A DNA stretch of 64,000 bases from Afipia sp. (GCA_017308595.1 JAFKER010000014.1:15062-79061), one strand, 5' to 3'; shown: positions 30,236 through 38,925, numbered from the stretch's first letter. Translations and numbers: made by a program. Notes: a model not told the origin generated them from the sequence alone.

Positions 30236-31123
30236 ATGGTATGGAATGGCGTAACAGCCCGCTTCAAGCAGTTCGACACAAATTTAAGGCTGACTAACGA
30301 CCAAATATCTGACGGAACAACAAAACACAAAGGCATAACAAAATGCCTCAACACCAATTACTACGAGATGTCGTCCGAAACCAGCAACTCGATGCTAGTC
30401 GGATCATGGGGCAAGCAAACGCGCATGCGCCCTCCTCGAGATATTGATCTGCTATATGAACTGCCTACCAGCGTTTACCATCGCTTTGAAAAATATATCG
30501 GCAACAAGCAGTCCGCACTACTTCAAGAAATAAAGGGCGTATTGGAAAAAACATACCCCAGCACGGCAATGCGTGCCGACGGACAGGTAATAATCGTCCG
30601 GTTTAATACAATTAACGTCGAAGTCGTCCCCGCATTTCCGCTGACGAATGGTCAGTACTGGATATGCGACACGAACAACGGCAGAAAATACAAAGAATTC
30701 GACGCCGTTGCCGAAATAGAAAATATGAAAAAAGCCAACAACGAGACAAATGGCAACGCAAGATTTCTTACGAAGTTTATGAAGGCCTGGCAGCGCGAGT
30801 GTAGCGTTCCGATAAAGTCCTTTTGGATTGAATTGCTAGCAATCGATTTCTTGTCGAGTTGGCCATACAAGCAAAGTAGCCCGTTTTATCATGACTGGAT
30901 GACGCGTGACTTTCTAAAATATCTGTGCGGCAAGAAAAACTCGCATATCGTCGTGCCTGGGACTTACGAATATATCGGACTAGGTGACGATTGGTTTAGC
31001 CGAGCCGAGACAGCGCACAATCGCGCTGTGAAGGCGGAGCAATACGAATACAGAGATGAAATCCAAGCTGCAGGTGAGGAATGGCAGAAGATATTCGGCT
31101 CACAGATTCCGATCCACGTGTGA
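30236..31123 (+). CDS. SMODS/cGAS-DncV-like nucleotidyltransferase (CD-NTase)
   Basis: Pol-beta NTase motif VGSWGKQTRMRPPRDIDLL (hGS...DxD); third acidic residue in VEVVPAF; KAWQRE and KSFWIELL C-lobe motifs; EEWQKIFG end; 295 aa; low GC. Confidence 0.9.
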   Translation: MVWNGVTARFKQFDTNLRLTNDQISDGTTKHKGITKCLNTNYYEMSSETSNSMLVGSWGKQTRMRPPRDIDLLYELPTSVYHRFEKYIGNKQSALLQEIKGVLEKTYPSTAMRADGQVIIVRFNTINVEVVPAFPLTNGQYWICDTNNGRKYKEFDAVAEIENMKKANNETNGNARFLTKFMKAWQRECSVPIKSFWIELLAIDFLSSWPYKQSSPFYHDWMTRDFLKYLCGKKNSHIVVPGTYEYIGLGDDWFSRAETAHNRAVKAEQYEYRDEIQAAGEEWQKIFGSQIPIHV

Positions 31124-31644
31124 TGGAATTACGTCGCGCGGAAATCATCAAGGAATGCCTGAGGCAATCTGAATCCTGTCTTTATACATCAACTATGCTC
31201 TTCGCTTGGTTGCGCCGTGTTCGAATTCAAAGGCAATTGTTCGTTGCGCTGCCCATATTACTCGGGGGCCTCGCGGGCGTCACCGTTCTGAAGAATGCTT
31301 GGCCAGATTGGGTAATTGCTGTGCTAGCCCTTGGAGCAAGCCTATTTCCGGCACTGGCTGATGCGCTAAAAATACAGACAAGCGTGGATGAACTAGCTAG
31401 GGCTGCGGCAGAGTATAAGGTCTTACAAGATCGCTTTCGTATCAACGCTAATCTTACTTCGCTGCAAGATGTGGACGAAGCTCAGCGAGTGTTGAGCGAT
31501 CTAATGGATCGGATGGATATAGTACGAAGCACGTCTTTGACACCTCCCGAGAAATACTTCAGCGAGGCGCAACGAAAGATAGATCAGGGACACTATGATT
31601 TCGATGTTGACGACGGTCCATCGAGAAAGAACGAACCAGAGTAG
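31123..31644 (+). CDS. SLATT-family 2TM effector (CBASS membrane effector)
   Basis: TGATG overlap with the CD-NTase stop; two hydrophobic helices (LFVALPILLGGLAGVTVL; WVIAVLALGASLFPALA), then a helical tail ending AQRKIDQGHYDFD, resembling SLATT_5/6. Confidence 0.8.
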   Translation: MELRRAEIIKECLRQSESCLYTSTMLFAWLRRVRIQRQLFVALPILLGGLAGVTVLKNAWPDWVIAVLALGASLFPALADALKIQTSVDELARAAAEYKVLQDRFRINANLTSLQDVDEAQRVLSDLMDRMDIVRSTSLTPPEKYFSEAQRKIDQGHYDFDVDDGPSRKNEPE

Positions 31645-31720
31645 CGCGGATATTGCGTAGCGAAATCTGGGAACGACTGTGTTGCGCACTCCCGCATTGC
31701 GCTTCGCTCCATTGGGCTAG
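31641..31720. repeat. Degenerate GTAG-family REP palindrome
   Basis: Left arm gtagcgcggatattgcgtagcgaaatctggga, right arm tcccgcattgcgcttcgctccattgggcta; the GTAG overlaps the SLATT stop codon. Confidence 0.65.
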
Positions 31721-31823
31721 AGCGTTTCGGTCACCCCAATCACTCAAGCTCTCGTGACCTTGCCTCCTACTCTCCCCATCCCCATCTAGAGCGGACCGGC
31801 CCACGCACGAGTCCCCCGCCTCC

Positions 31824-32846
31824 ATGAAGAAAATCGGCTTTCTGTCCTTCGGCCACTGGTCGCCGTCGTCCCATTCGCAGACACGCTCGGCCTCGGACAC
31901 ACTCCTGCAATCCATCGATCTTGCTGTCGCCGCCGAAGAGCTTGGCGCGGACGGCGCGTATTTCCGCGTGCATCATTTCGCGCGCCAGCTCGCCTCGCCC
32001 TTTCCGCTGCTCGCTGCTGTCGGCGCGAGGACCAGCAGGATCGAGATCGGCACCGCCGTGATCGACATGCGCTACGAGAACCCGCTCTACATGGCGGAGG
32101 ACGCGGGCGCGGCCGATCTCATCTCGGGCGGGCGTTTGCAACTCGGCATCAGCCGCGGTTCGCCCGAACAGGTGATCGAGGGCTGGCGCTATTTCGGCTA
32201 TCAGCCCGCTGAGGGCGAGACCGACGCCGACATGGGACGCCGCCACGGCGAGGTGTTCTACGACATCATTCGCGGCAAGGGTTTCGCGCAGCCGAACCCG
32301 CGCCCGATGTTTCCCAATCCGCCCGGACTTCTCCGGCTTGAGCCGCATTCCGAAGGCCTGCGCGACCGCATCTGGTGGGGCGCGGCCTCAAACGCGACCG
32401 CGCAGTGGGCGGGCAAGCTCGGCATGAACCTGCAAAGCTCAACATTGAAGAAGAACGAGACCAACGAGCCGTTTCACGTCCAGCAGGCGAAACAAATTCG
32501 CCTCTACCGCGACGCCTACAAGGACGCGGGCCACACGCGCCCGCCGCGCGTCTCGGTGAGCCGCAGCATCTTCGCGCTGATGGACGACCGCGACCGCGAC
32601 TTTTTCGGCAACGGCAACGAGGACAGCGATCAGGTCGGGTTCATCGACGCCGACATGCAGGCGATCTTCGGGCGCGGCTATACGGCGGAGCCGGACAAGC
32701 TGATCGACCTGTTGAAGGCGGACGAAGGCATCGCCGAGGCCGATACGCTGTTGCTGACGGTGCCCAATCAGTTGGGCGTCGATTACAATGCTCATGTCAT
32801 TGAATCGATCCTGAAGCATGTCGCTCCGGCGCTCGGCTGGCGCTGA
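31824..32846 (+). CDS. LLM-class (luciferase-like) flavin-dependent oxidoreductase
   Basis: MKKIGFLSFGHW, FRVHHFA, RIEIGTAVIDMRYENP, GRLQLGISRGS. Confidence 0.92.
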   Translation: MKKIGFLSFGHWSPSSHSQTRSASDTLLQSIDLAVAAEELGADGAYFRVHHFARQLASPFPLLAAVGARTSRIEIGTAVIDMRYENPLYMAEDAGAADLISGGRLQLGISRGSPEQVIEGWRYFGYQPAEGETDADMGRRHGEVFYDIIRGKGFAQPNPRPMFPNPPGLLRLEPHSEGLRDRIWWGAASNATAQWAGKLGMNLQSSTLKKNETNEPFHVQQAKQIRLYRDAYKDAGHTRPPRVSVSRSIFALMDDRDRDFFGNGNEDSDQVGFIDADMQAIFGRGYTAEPDKLIDLLKADEGIAEADTLLLTVPNQLGVDYNAHVIESILKHVAPALGWR

Positions 32847-33005
32847 ACAAACATCCTTTCGAAGCCGTGGATGGCGAAGCCGGACGGGCGTTGACGTCCG
32901 TCTTCTTCGCGTGCCCGTCACTTTGTGGTGGTAACGTCATGCCACTCAGTTAAGCTCGGCCCATTGAGAGCCAATAAGAGCCAATCAATTTTCAGGAGAC
33001 GCATT

Positions 33006-33257
33006 ATGACAAAAATCATTTCCGCTGCGGCCCTCGCCTTTGTCATGGCCCTCACGCTGGTTGCGCCTGCGGAGGCCGCGACCTGCAGCGGCTCGTTCAA
33101 CACCTGCGTCTCGCGTTGCAAGACCAAGTATGCCGCCGACAAAAGCTGCGTCTCCGATCACTGCTCGCCGAAGCTCGCGACCTGCAAGACCACCGGATGC
33201 TGGCAGCAGGGCGGCGATTTCGGCAACGTGCGGACCTGCAACCTCGACAAGCGCTGA
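33006..33257 (+). CDS. Small secreted protein with 8 cysteines
   Basis: RBS caggag; signal peptide ending AEA-A; C-x6-C-x3-C-x9-C-x4-C-x6-C-x4-C-x12-C. Confidence 0.8.
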   Translation: MTKIISAAALAFVMALTLVAPAEAATCSGSFNTCVSRCKTKYAADKSCVSDHCSPKLATCKTTGCWQQGGDFGNVRTCNLDKR

Positions 33258-33443
33258 GGTTTTCACGCGCGTCTCACGCGACACAAACCGCGCCATGCTG
33301 TGGCGCGGCGCGATGTCCCATGGACTTCCCGCACCGCACATCAACATCCGCGACATCAACATCTGCAAATACGTCAGCCCTGCTGCTGGAACGCTTTCGC
33401 CATGGGCGTATTGTTAATTCCGGAGGCGAGCGGAGTGACGCGC

Positions 33444-33605
33444 ATGCGGCTTCATCTCGATGACGAGAAACATGAAACGCAGATGTGTCTGGCGCTGGTG
33501 ATCGCGATCATGATCCTCACTGGGTCCGCGATCCTGTACATGGGTACACACTATCAGGTGACAGCGCAGACCGTGAAGCGAACTCCGCTCGCCTCGCCGC
33601 TCTGA
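33444..33605 (+). CDS. Small single-TM protein (53 aa)
   Basis: RBS ggag; hydrophobic CLALVIAIMILTGSAILYM; upstream GGAAC-N16-TATT at 33388-33412. Confidence 0.5.
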   Translation: MRLHLDDEKHETQMCLALVIAIMILTGSAILYMGTHYQVTAQTVKRTPLASPL

Positions 33606-33755
33606 TCCGCCCTGACGCGCGCATCATGCCGCGCATGGCTTCGGCTGTGTGCATCTTTCCATCCTGTTCCCGACTGTTGTAGGATTCGCGGATAACAAAA
33701 GCCGCGGCCGGCCGGAGGGCTGGAAACCGCGCACCGGGAAAGGAATACGCCGAAA

Positions 33756-34724
33756 ATGAAGTCTCTCGTCCGCGCGCTGGGTGCGCTTGCCGTCATTGCT
33801 GCCTCGACCTGCAGCGCATCCGCGCAGAATTGGCCGACCCGGCCGATCCGCATGGTCGTTCCCTACACCCCCGGCGGCTACACCGACATGATGGCGCGCC
33901 TTGTCTCGGAGAAGATCGCAGCCTCGCTCGGACAGAGCATCATCATCGAGAACAAGCCCGGCGCCAATGCCGTGATCGGCACCGATGTCGTCGCCAAGGC
34001 CGCGCCTGACGGATATACCTTCGGCACCGTGATCGCGGCGCATTCGGTCAATCCCTCGCTCAAGGCGAACCTGCCTTACGACACGGAAAAGAGCTTCACC
34101 TATGTCTCGCTGATGAGCGTCGCGCCGCTGATCCTGATCGCGACGCCGTCGCTCCCCGCCAAGAACATGCAGGAATTCATCGCGCTGGCGAAGTCGAAGC
34201 CCGGCCAGCTCAATTTCGCCTCCAGCGGCATCGGCGCGGCGGCGCACCTGACCATGGAAATGCTCAAGAACCGCGAGGGTATCAACCTGCAGCACGTGCC
34301 CTATAAAGGCACCGCGGGCGCGCTGCAGGATCTCGTCGGCGGCCAGATCAACGTCATGTTCGACATCATCGGCCCGCTGATGGAGCAGGTGCGCGCGGGC
34401 AATGCGCGGGCACTCGGCGTAGCGTCGAAGGAGCGCGTGCCGGCGGCGGGCGATACGCCGACCCTGATCGAACAGGGCGTGAAGGATTTCACCTCGGGCA
34501 CCTGGGCGGGCATCATCGCGCCTGCGGGCACGCCGAAGGAAATCGTCGACCGCATGGCCGCGGAAGCGAAGAAAGCCCTCGCCGATCCCGAGTTGAAAAA
34601 GAAGCTCGAACAGCAGGGCATCGTCGCCATGGGCACCTCGCCTGAAGAGTTCAAGGCCTTCGTGGGCGAGGAAGTCGCGCGCTGGAAGCAGGTCATCACC
34701 GCCGCCGACATCAAGATCGAGTAA
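33756..34724 (+). CDS. Tripartite tricarboxylate transporter substrate-binding protein (Bug/TctC family)
   Basis: WPTRPIRMVVPYTPGG, ENKPGA, APDGYT, VPYKG. Confidence 0.93.
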   Translation: MKSLVRALGALAVIAASTCSASAQNWPTRPIRMVVPYTPGGYTDMMARLVSEKIAASLGQSIIIENKPGANAVIGTDVVAKAAPDGYTFGTVIAAHSVNPSLKANLPYDTEKSFTYVSLMSVAPLILIATPSLPAKNMQEFIALAKSKPGQLNFASSGIGAAAHLTMEMLKNREGINLQHVPYKGTAGALQDLVGGQINVMFDIIGPLMEQVRAGNARALGVASKERVPAAGDTPTLIEQGVKDFTSGTWAGIIAPAGTPKEIVDRMAAEAKKALADPELKKKLEQQGIVAMGTSPEEFKAFVGEEVARWKQVITAADIKIE

Positions 34725-34748
34725 CGCACATCGCGGCGCGGTGGCCTG

Positions 34749-35663
34749 CTAGCGCCGCGCCGCACGCTTCATTGAAAGTCCGGCAGCCTTGCAATGTCGC
34801 CGGACGGCGGCAGCGATTTCGGCCGCTGCGCGGCTGCGCGCGCGTCCGCTGCGCCAGATGATCGCCGCGGTGCGGGTCACGCCCGGCTGGACGATCTCGA
34901 TCTGCCGCAACCCGCTGTCCTTATCGATGGTACGCTCGAACAGGATCCCCGCCGTCTGCCTCTGCAGGCGGATGGTTTCGAGCATGGCGTCGATCGAACT
35001 CATCTCCAGCCAGATGTTGTCCGCAATCCACGTCCCGAGTTGCGCATTAATGATCCGGCGCGACAGGAAGCGCTCGGTCTGCACCGTCAGCCGAAGTCCG
35101 GCGAGCATCCGCGCGGAAACGGATTTTCGCCGCGCCAGCGGATGATCGTCCCGCACCACCAGCATCAACCGCTCCGAGAACAGCGGCTCCACCTCGACAT
35201 CCGCGCGCCCCGGCGTCGCGAATGACAGGCCCAGATGCAGCGCGCCGCTGCCGACCTGCGCCGCGATGTCCGGCGCGGGCAGATCTTCAACCGAGATATG
35301 AATACCGGGATAGGTCTGCGCGAATTCCGCGATCACGGCGGGAAGCAGCGTGGTGTTGTAGGTGTGGATCGCGCCGATCCGGACGCGCCCGCGCACCAGG
35401 TCGCGCAGGCCGTCGAGTGCAAACTGCCCCTCGTCCACCTCCTCCAGCGCGCGCCGTGCATAGTCAGAGAAGGTCCGTCCGGCATCGGTCAGTTGGATCC
35501 CGCGCCCGATCCGGTCGAACAGCTGCGTCCCGAGCAGCGCCTCAAGCTGAGTGATCTGATGCGACAGCGTGGACTGCGTGACATGCAGCGCATCGGCCGC
35601 GCGCGAGACATGCTCATGGCGTGCGACCTCCAGAAAATACCGCAGATGTCTAAGTTCAATCAT
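34749..35663 (-). CDS. LysR-family transcriptional regulator
   Basis: LRHLRYFLEVA...SRAADALHVTQSTLSHQITQLE...LFDR...LTDAG. Confidence 0.93.
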   Translation of the reverse strand: MIELRHLRYFLEVARHEHVSRAADALHVTQSTLSHQITQLEALLGTQLFDRIGRGIQLTDAGRTFSDYARRALEEVDEGQFALDGLRDLVRGRVRIGAIHTYNTTLLPAVIAEFAQTYPGIHISVEDLPAPDIAAQVGSGALHLGLSFATPGRADVEVEPLFSERLMLVVRDDHPLARRKSVSARMLAGLRLTVQTERFLSRRIINAQLGTWIADNIWLEMSSIDAMLETIRLQRQTAGILFERTIDKDSGLRQIEIVQPGVTRTAAIIWRSGRARSRAAAEIAAAVRRHCKAAGLSMKRAARR

Positions 35664-35676
35664 TCGATGTCATCGA
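35664..35676. promoter_or_regulatory. LysR-type operator (T-N11-A with dyad symmetry)
   Basis: TCGAT-gtc-ATCGA abutting the LysR start, in the divergent promoter region. Confidence 0.6.
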
Positions 35677-35769
35677 TTAATCCGGGGCAGATATATCATT
35701 TGACTCATTGGACGGTCCACTTCCTAAGTGGCTGTAAAAGCAACACTCAGCCTTGCGGAGGAAACCGTT

Positions 35770-36726
35770 TTGCGAACGATCTTGATAACGATGTGCATGG
35801 CCCTGGGCCTCGGCCAGGCTATGGCTGCCGACTTTCCTACCCGTCCGATCCGGCTGATCGTCCACTTCCCCGCAGGCTCGTCCACCGACGTGATCGCGCG
35901 TACGCTGGGCGAAAACGTCTCGAAGCAGCTCGGCCAGCAGATCGTCATCGACAACAAGCCCGGCGCAGACGGCTCGATCGCCGCCGCCGAACTGAAGCGC
36001 AGCGCGCCGGATGGTTATACCATCATGCTCGCCACCAACAGTGCGATGTCCGGCGTCCCCGCGACGCGCAAGACGCCGCCTTACGATGTCACCACTGATT
36101 TCACGCCGATCACCGAAATCGGCCGCTACAATTTCTTCCTCTATGTGAACAAGGACGTTCCGGCTAAAAGCCTGACGGAACTGCTCGCTTACGCCAAGGC
36201 CAATCCCGGCAAGCTCGCCTACGGCTCCGGCAACATCACCGGCCGCCTGGCATTCGCCTCGATCGTGGCGGCGAACAATCTCGACGTCACGCCCGTTCCC
36301 TACAAGGGCGAGCCGCCCGCGATCACCGACTTGATTACCGGCCGCATTCAGGTCATGGTCGCGACCTCAGGCACCGGCCTTCCCCATGTGAAGGACGGCA
36401 AGGTTCGTGCGCTCGCCACCATTCTCGACAAGCGCAGCGCCGCCGCGCCGGACGTGCCGACCATCGCTGAAGCCGGCTTCACCGGGTTCACCATCGAGCC
36501 ATGGGCCGGCCTGTTCGGTCCGCCGAACATGCCCAAGGATATCGTGACTGCGCTGAACACCGCGTTCGGCAAGGCCATGTCCGATCCGGCCGTGAAGCAG
36601 CGGATGGCCGAGCAGGATTTCGCGCTCACGCCAACCACGCCGGAGGCCCTCGGTGCGCTGGTGAAACGGCAGCTCGACATCCATCGCAAGCTGGTCAGCG
36701 CCGCGGGGCTGGAAATCATCGAGTAA
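35770..36726 (+). CDS. Second Bug/TctC-family substrate-binding protein
   Basis: TTG start after ggagg; FPTRPIRLIVHFPAG, DNKPGA, APDGYT, VPYKG. Confidence 0.92.
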   Translation: MRTILITMCMALGLGQAMAADFPTRPIRLIVHFPAGSSTDVIARTLGENVSKQLGQQIVIDNKPGADGSIAAAELKRSAPDGYTIMLATNSAMSGVPATRKTPPYDVTTDFTPITEIGRYNFFLYVNKDVPAKSLTELLAYAKANPGKLAYGSGNITGRLAFASIVAANNLDVTPVPYKGEPPAITDLITGRIQVMVATSGTGLPHVKDGKVRALATILDKRSAAAPDVPTIAEAGFTGFTIEPWAGLFGPPNMPKDIVTALNTAFGKAMSDPAVKQRMAEQDFALTPTTPEALGALVKRQLDIHRKLVSAAGLEIIE

Positions 36727-36798
36727 GGCCCGGCGAGGTGGAGCAATGCGGGGAGCCGGCTGACAAAGCCAGCTCCCCATCTGCTTTGAACGCCGTTC

Positions 36799-37221
36799 TT
36801 AAACGCTGTGGCGCGGCTTGATGATCTCGCCGCGCACGGACGCCACGCCCATCTCGAAGCTGTCGGCGATGCGGCGGGCGCGAATGATGAAGGCCTCGGC
36901 CACATCACCCTCGAAAATCTCGCGCGCTGTCTTCTCAAACAGCAACAGCCAGCGGTCGAAATGTTCGCCCTTCAGCGGCAGCCTCAGATGCGGACGCATC
37001 GGACGGCCGTTGTAGCGCCCCGTGCGCAGCATCATGGATGACCAGAAATCACTGATCTGCGCGATATGATGGTCCCAGTCCTCGACCTGCGCATTGAAGA
37101 TCGGCCCGATCAGATCGTCCTCGCGCGCACGGCCATAAAAGGTCGCAACAAGGCGCGCGATATTCGCTTCCGTGAGATCGGGATGGAAGGTGTGAATGGC
37201 AGGATTGGCCGGCTCGGTCAT
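36799..37221 (-). CDS. Group III truncated haemoglobin
   Basis: LVATFYGRAREDDLIGPIF, WDHHIAQISDFWSS, YNGRPMRPH, HFDRWLLLF. Confidence 0.92.
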   Translation of the reverse strand: MTEPANPAIHTFHPDLTEANIARLVATFYGRAREDDLIGPIFNAQVEDWDHHIAQISDFWSSMMLRTGRYNGRPMRPHLRLPLKGEHFDRWLLLFEKTAREIFEGDVAEAFIIRARRIADSFEMGVASVRGEIIKPRHSV

Positions 37222-37306
37222 GGCCCTGATGTAGGCCGTCGGCCCCGCGCGGGCAACCTGCGCAGCGCATGGCCGCGCTGCGGTGCCGCCTTGATTCAGG
37301 TCTTTG

Positions 37307-37507
37307 CTATTTGCAGATCTTGTCGCGGCGCTTGTCCTGCAGCCGCCGCTCGCAAAAGGTGGTGCATGTTTTGCCGCTCACCTTGGTGCAATAGGCCACA
37401 CACTTGTCGTAATTGCAGCCCCACACATCGGCGGCGCGGACCGGCTCCGGCGCGGCCACGAACATCATCACAACCACAGACGCGATCAGTCCCCTGATGA
37501 GCAGCAT
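37307..37507 (-). CDS. Small secreted protein with 6 cysteines
   Basis: RBS ggagg; signal peptide ending VRA-A; C-x4-C-x3-C-x7-C-x3-C-x12-C. Confidence 0.75.
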   Translation of the reverse strand: MLLIRGLIASVVVMMFVAAPEPVRAADVWGCNYDKCVAYCTKVSGKTCTTFCERRLQDKRRDKICK

Positions 37508-37642
37508 GTCGGCCTCCGTACTCCGCAAGATGCGAGCCGGAGCGAGGCTACATCAGCCACCCGCCGCGCGAACTATCCAAACAGAGAGCCGTGGCGGATT
37601 TTCCGTCTTTCTGTTTCAAACGGCGCGGACACAGTTGTGCGT

Positions 37643-37656
37643 TTGATCCGGATCAA
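37643..37656. promoter_or_regulatory. FixK/Fnr box
   Basis: Perfect TTGAT-ccgg-ATCAA, centred about 60 bp upstream of the ATG at 37710. Confidence 0.75.
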
Positions 37657-37709
37657 GGGCCGCGTATGGTTTGCCATGCACAAGTCAGGATCACCTGAGG
37701 AGACCCAAG

Positions 37710-37925
37710 ATGTCCGCATCTGAGATTGCAAACCGTCACTTCGCAGCGGCCATTGCCGAAGCCGCGGCCTCCGGACAGGACACCGACAGCATCTGCCGCG
37801 CCCTGCTCGGCCTGGTGGTCAACAAATATCTCGAAACGCGCGGCGTGGCCGATGTCCAGTCGGAGTTGCGCTTTCTTGCCGACAACTGCGATCCGGACAC
37901 CGACTTCGCCTTCATGCGTCCGTAA
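37710..37925 (+). CDS. Small hypothetical protein (71 aa)
   Basis: RBS gaggag; helical sequence ending NCDPDTDFAFMRP. Confidence 0.75.
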   Translation: MSASEIANRHFAAAIAEAAASGQDTDSICRALLGLVVNKYLETRGVADVQSELRFLADNCDPDTDFAFMRP

Positions 37926-37955
37926 ACAGACGCGGCGGGCCTTGCCCGCCTGTCC

Positions 37956-38810
37956 TCAGGCCTTCGCGTAGCTATAGAAACCCTGGCCGGTCTTGCGGCC
38001 AAGATGACCGGCATCGACCATTTCCTTGAGCAGCGGCGCAGGCCGGTACTTCGGATCGTTGAAGCCGGTGTAGAACACCTCCATCACCGACAGCATGGTG
38101 TCGAGGCCGATCATGTCGGCGAGCGCCAGCGGGCCGATCGGATGGTTGCAGCCGAGCTTCATGCCGGCGTCAATTTCTTCCGCAGAAGCGATGCCTTCCG
38201 AGAGCGCGAAAATCGCTTCGTTGATCATCGGGCACAGGATGCGGTTGACGGCAAAGCCGGGGCTGTTCTTCGCGGTGACCGCAACCTTCCCGACGCGCTG
38301 GGCGAACGCCAGCGCCTTGGCATGGGTATCGTCGGAGGTCTGCAGGCCGCGGATCAATTCGAGAAGCTGCATCACCGGCACCGGATTGAAGAAGTGCATG
38401 CCGATGAAACGGTCCGGACGATCGGTGGCAGCAGCAAGGCGCGTCACCGAGATCGACGAGGTGTTGGTCGCGACCAGCGCATGCGGCTGCAGGTTGGCGC
38501 AGAGGTCCTTCAGAATCTTGATCTTGAGGTCTTCATTCTCGGTCGCGGCCTCGATCACGAGGTCGCAGGAGGACAGCTTGGACTTGTCGGTGGTGCCGTT
38601 GACGCGCTTGAGTACGGCGTCGCGGTCGGCTGCGCTCATCTTCTCCTTCTTGACGAGACGGTCGAGGCTGCCGCCGATAGTCGCCACGCCCCGCGAAACG
38701 GCAGCGTCGGAAATGTCCACCATCACGACCTGAAGGCCAGCCGCGGCGCAAATCTGCGCGATGCCGTTGCCCATGGTGCCAGCGCCGATAATGCCAACCG
38801 TTTCAATCAT
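37956..38810 (-). CDS. 3-hydroxybutyryl-CoA dehydrogenase
   Basis: GIIGAGTMGNGIA, EAATEN, TNTSSIS, GMHFFNP, PGFAVNR, NHPIGPL. Confidence 0.95.
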   Translation of the reverse strand: MIETVGIIGAGTMGNGIAQICAAAGLQVVMVDISDAAVSRGVATIGGSLDRLVKKEKMSAADRDAVLKRVNGTTDKSKLSSCDLVIEAATENEDLKIKILKDLCANLQPHALVATNTSSISVTRLAAATDRPDRFIGMHFFNPVPVMQLLELIRGLQTSDDTHAKALAFAQRVGKVAVTAKNSPGFAVNRILCPMINEAIFALSEGIASAEEIDAGMKLGCNHPIGPLALADMIGLDTMLSVMEVFYTGFNDPKYRPAPLLKEMVDAGHLGRKTGQGFYSYAKA

Positions 38811-38925
38811 ATTCCATGTCCTTTCAAGAGATCAGTTCAAGGGCGGACAGGTCTCTCGGGTTGCTCCCCGGGGCCGGTTCACGCCGTCATTGGATCGGGT
38901 ATCTACTCCGCCCGGACCGGCGGCG

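Larger units (their letters stand above)
29730..31720 (+). other. Low-GC defence island (type I CBASS-like)
   Basis: Sampled lines are about 37-52% GC versus about 58-72% in nrdJ. Bounded by the nrdJ terminator and a REP palindrome; no integrase or transposase. Confidence 0.8.

Noticed and set aside
29992-30357. 121-aa minus-strand ORF antisense to the small HTH gene and the CD-NTase start
   Set aside because: No RBS or motif, and it overlaps two better-supported plus-strand genes. An antisense transcript is still possible, but not supported as a CDS.
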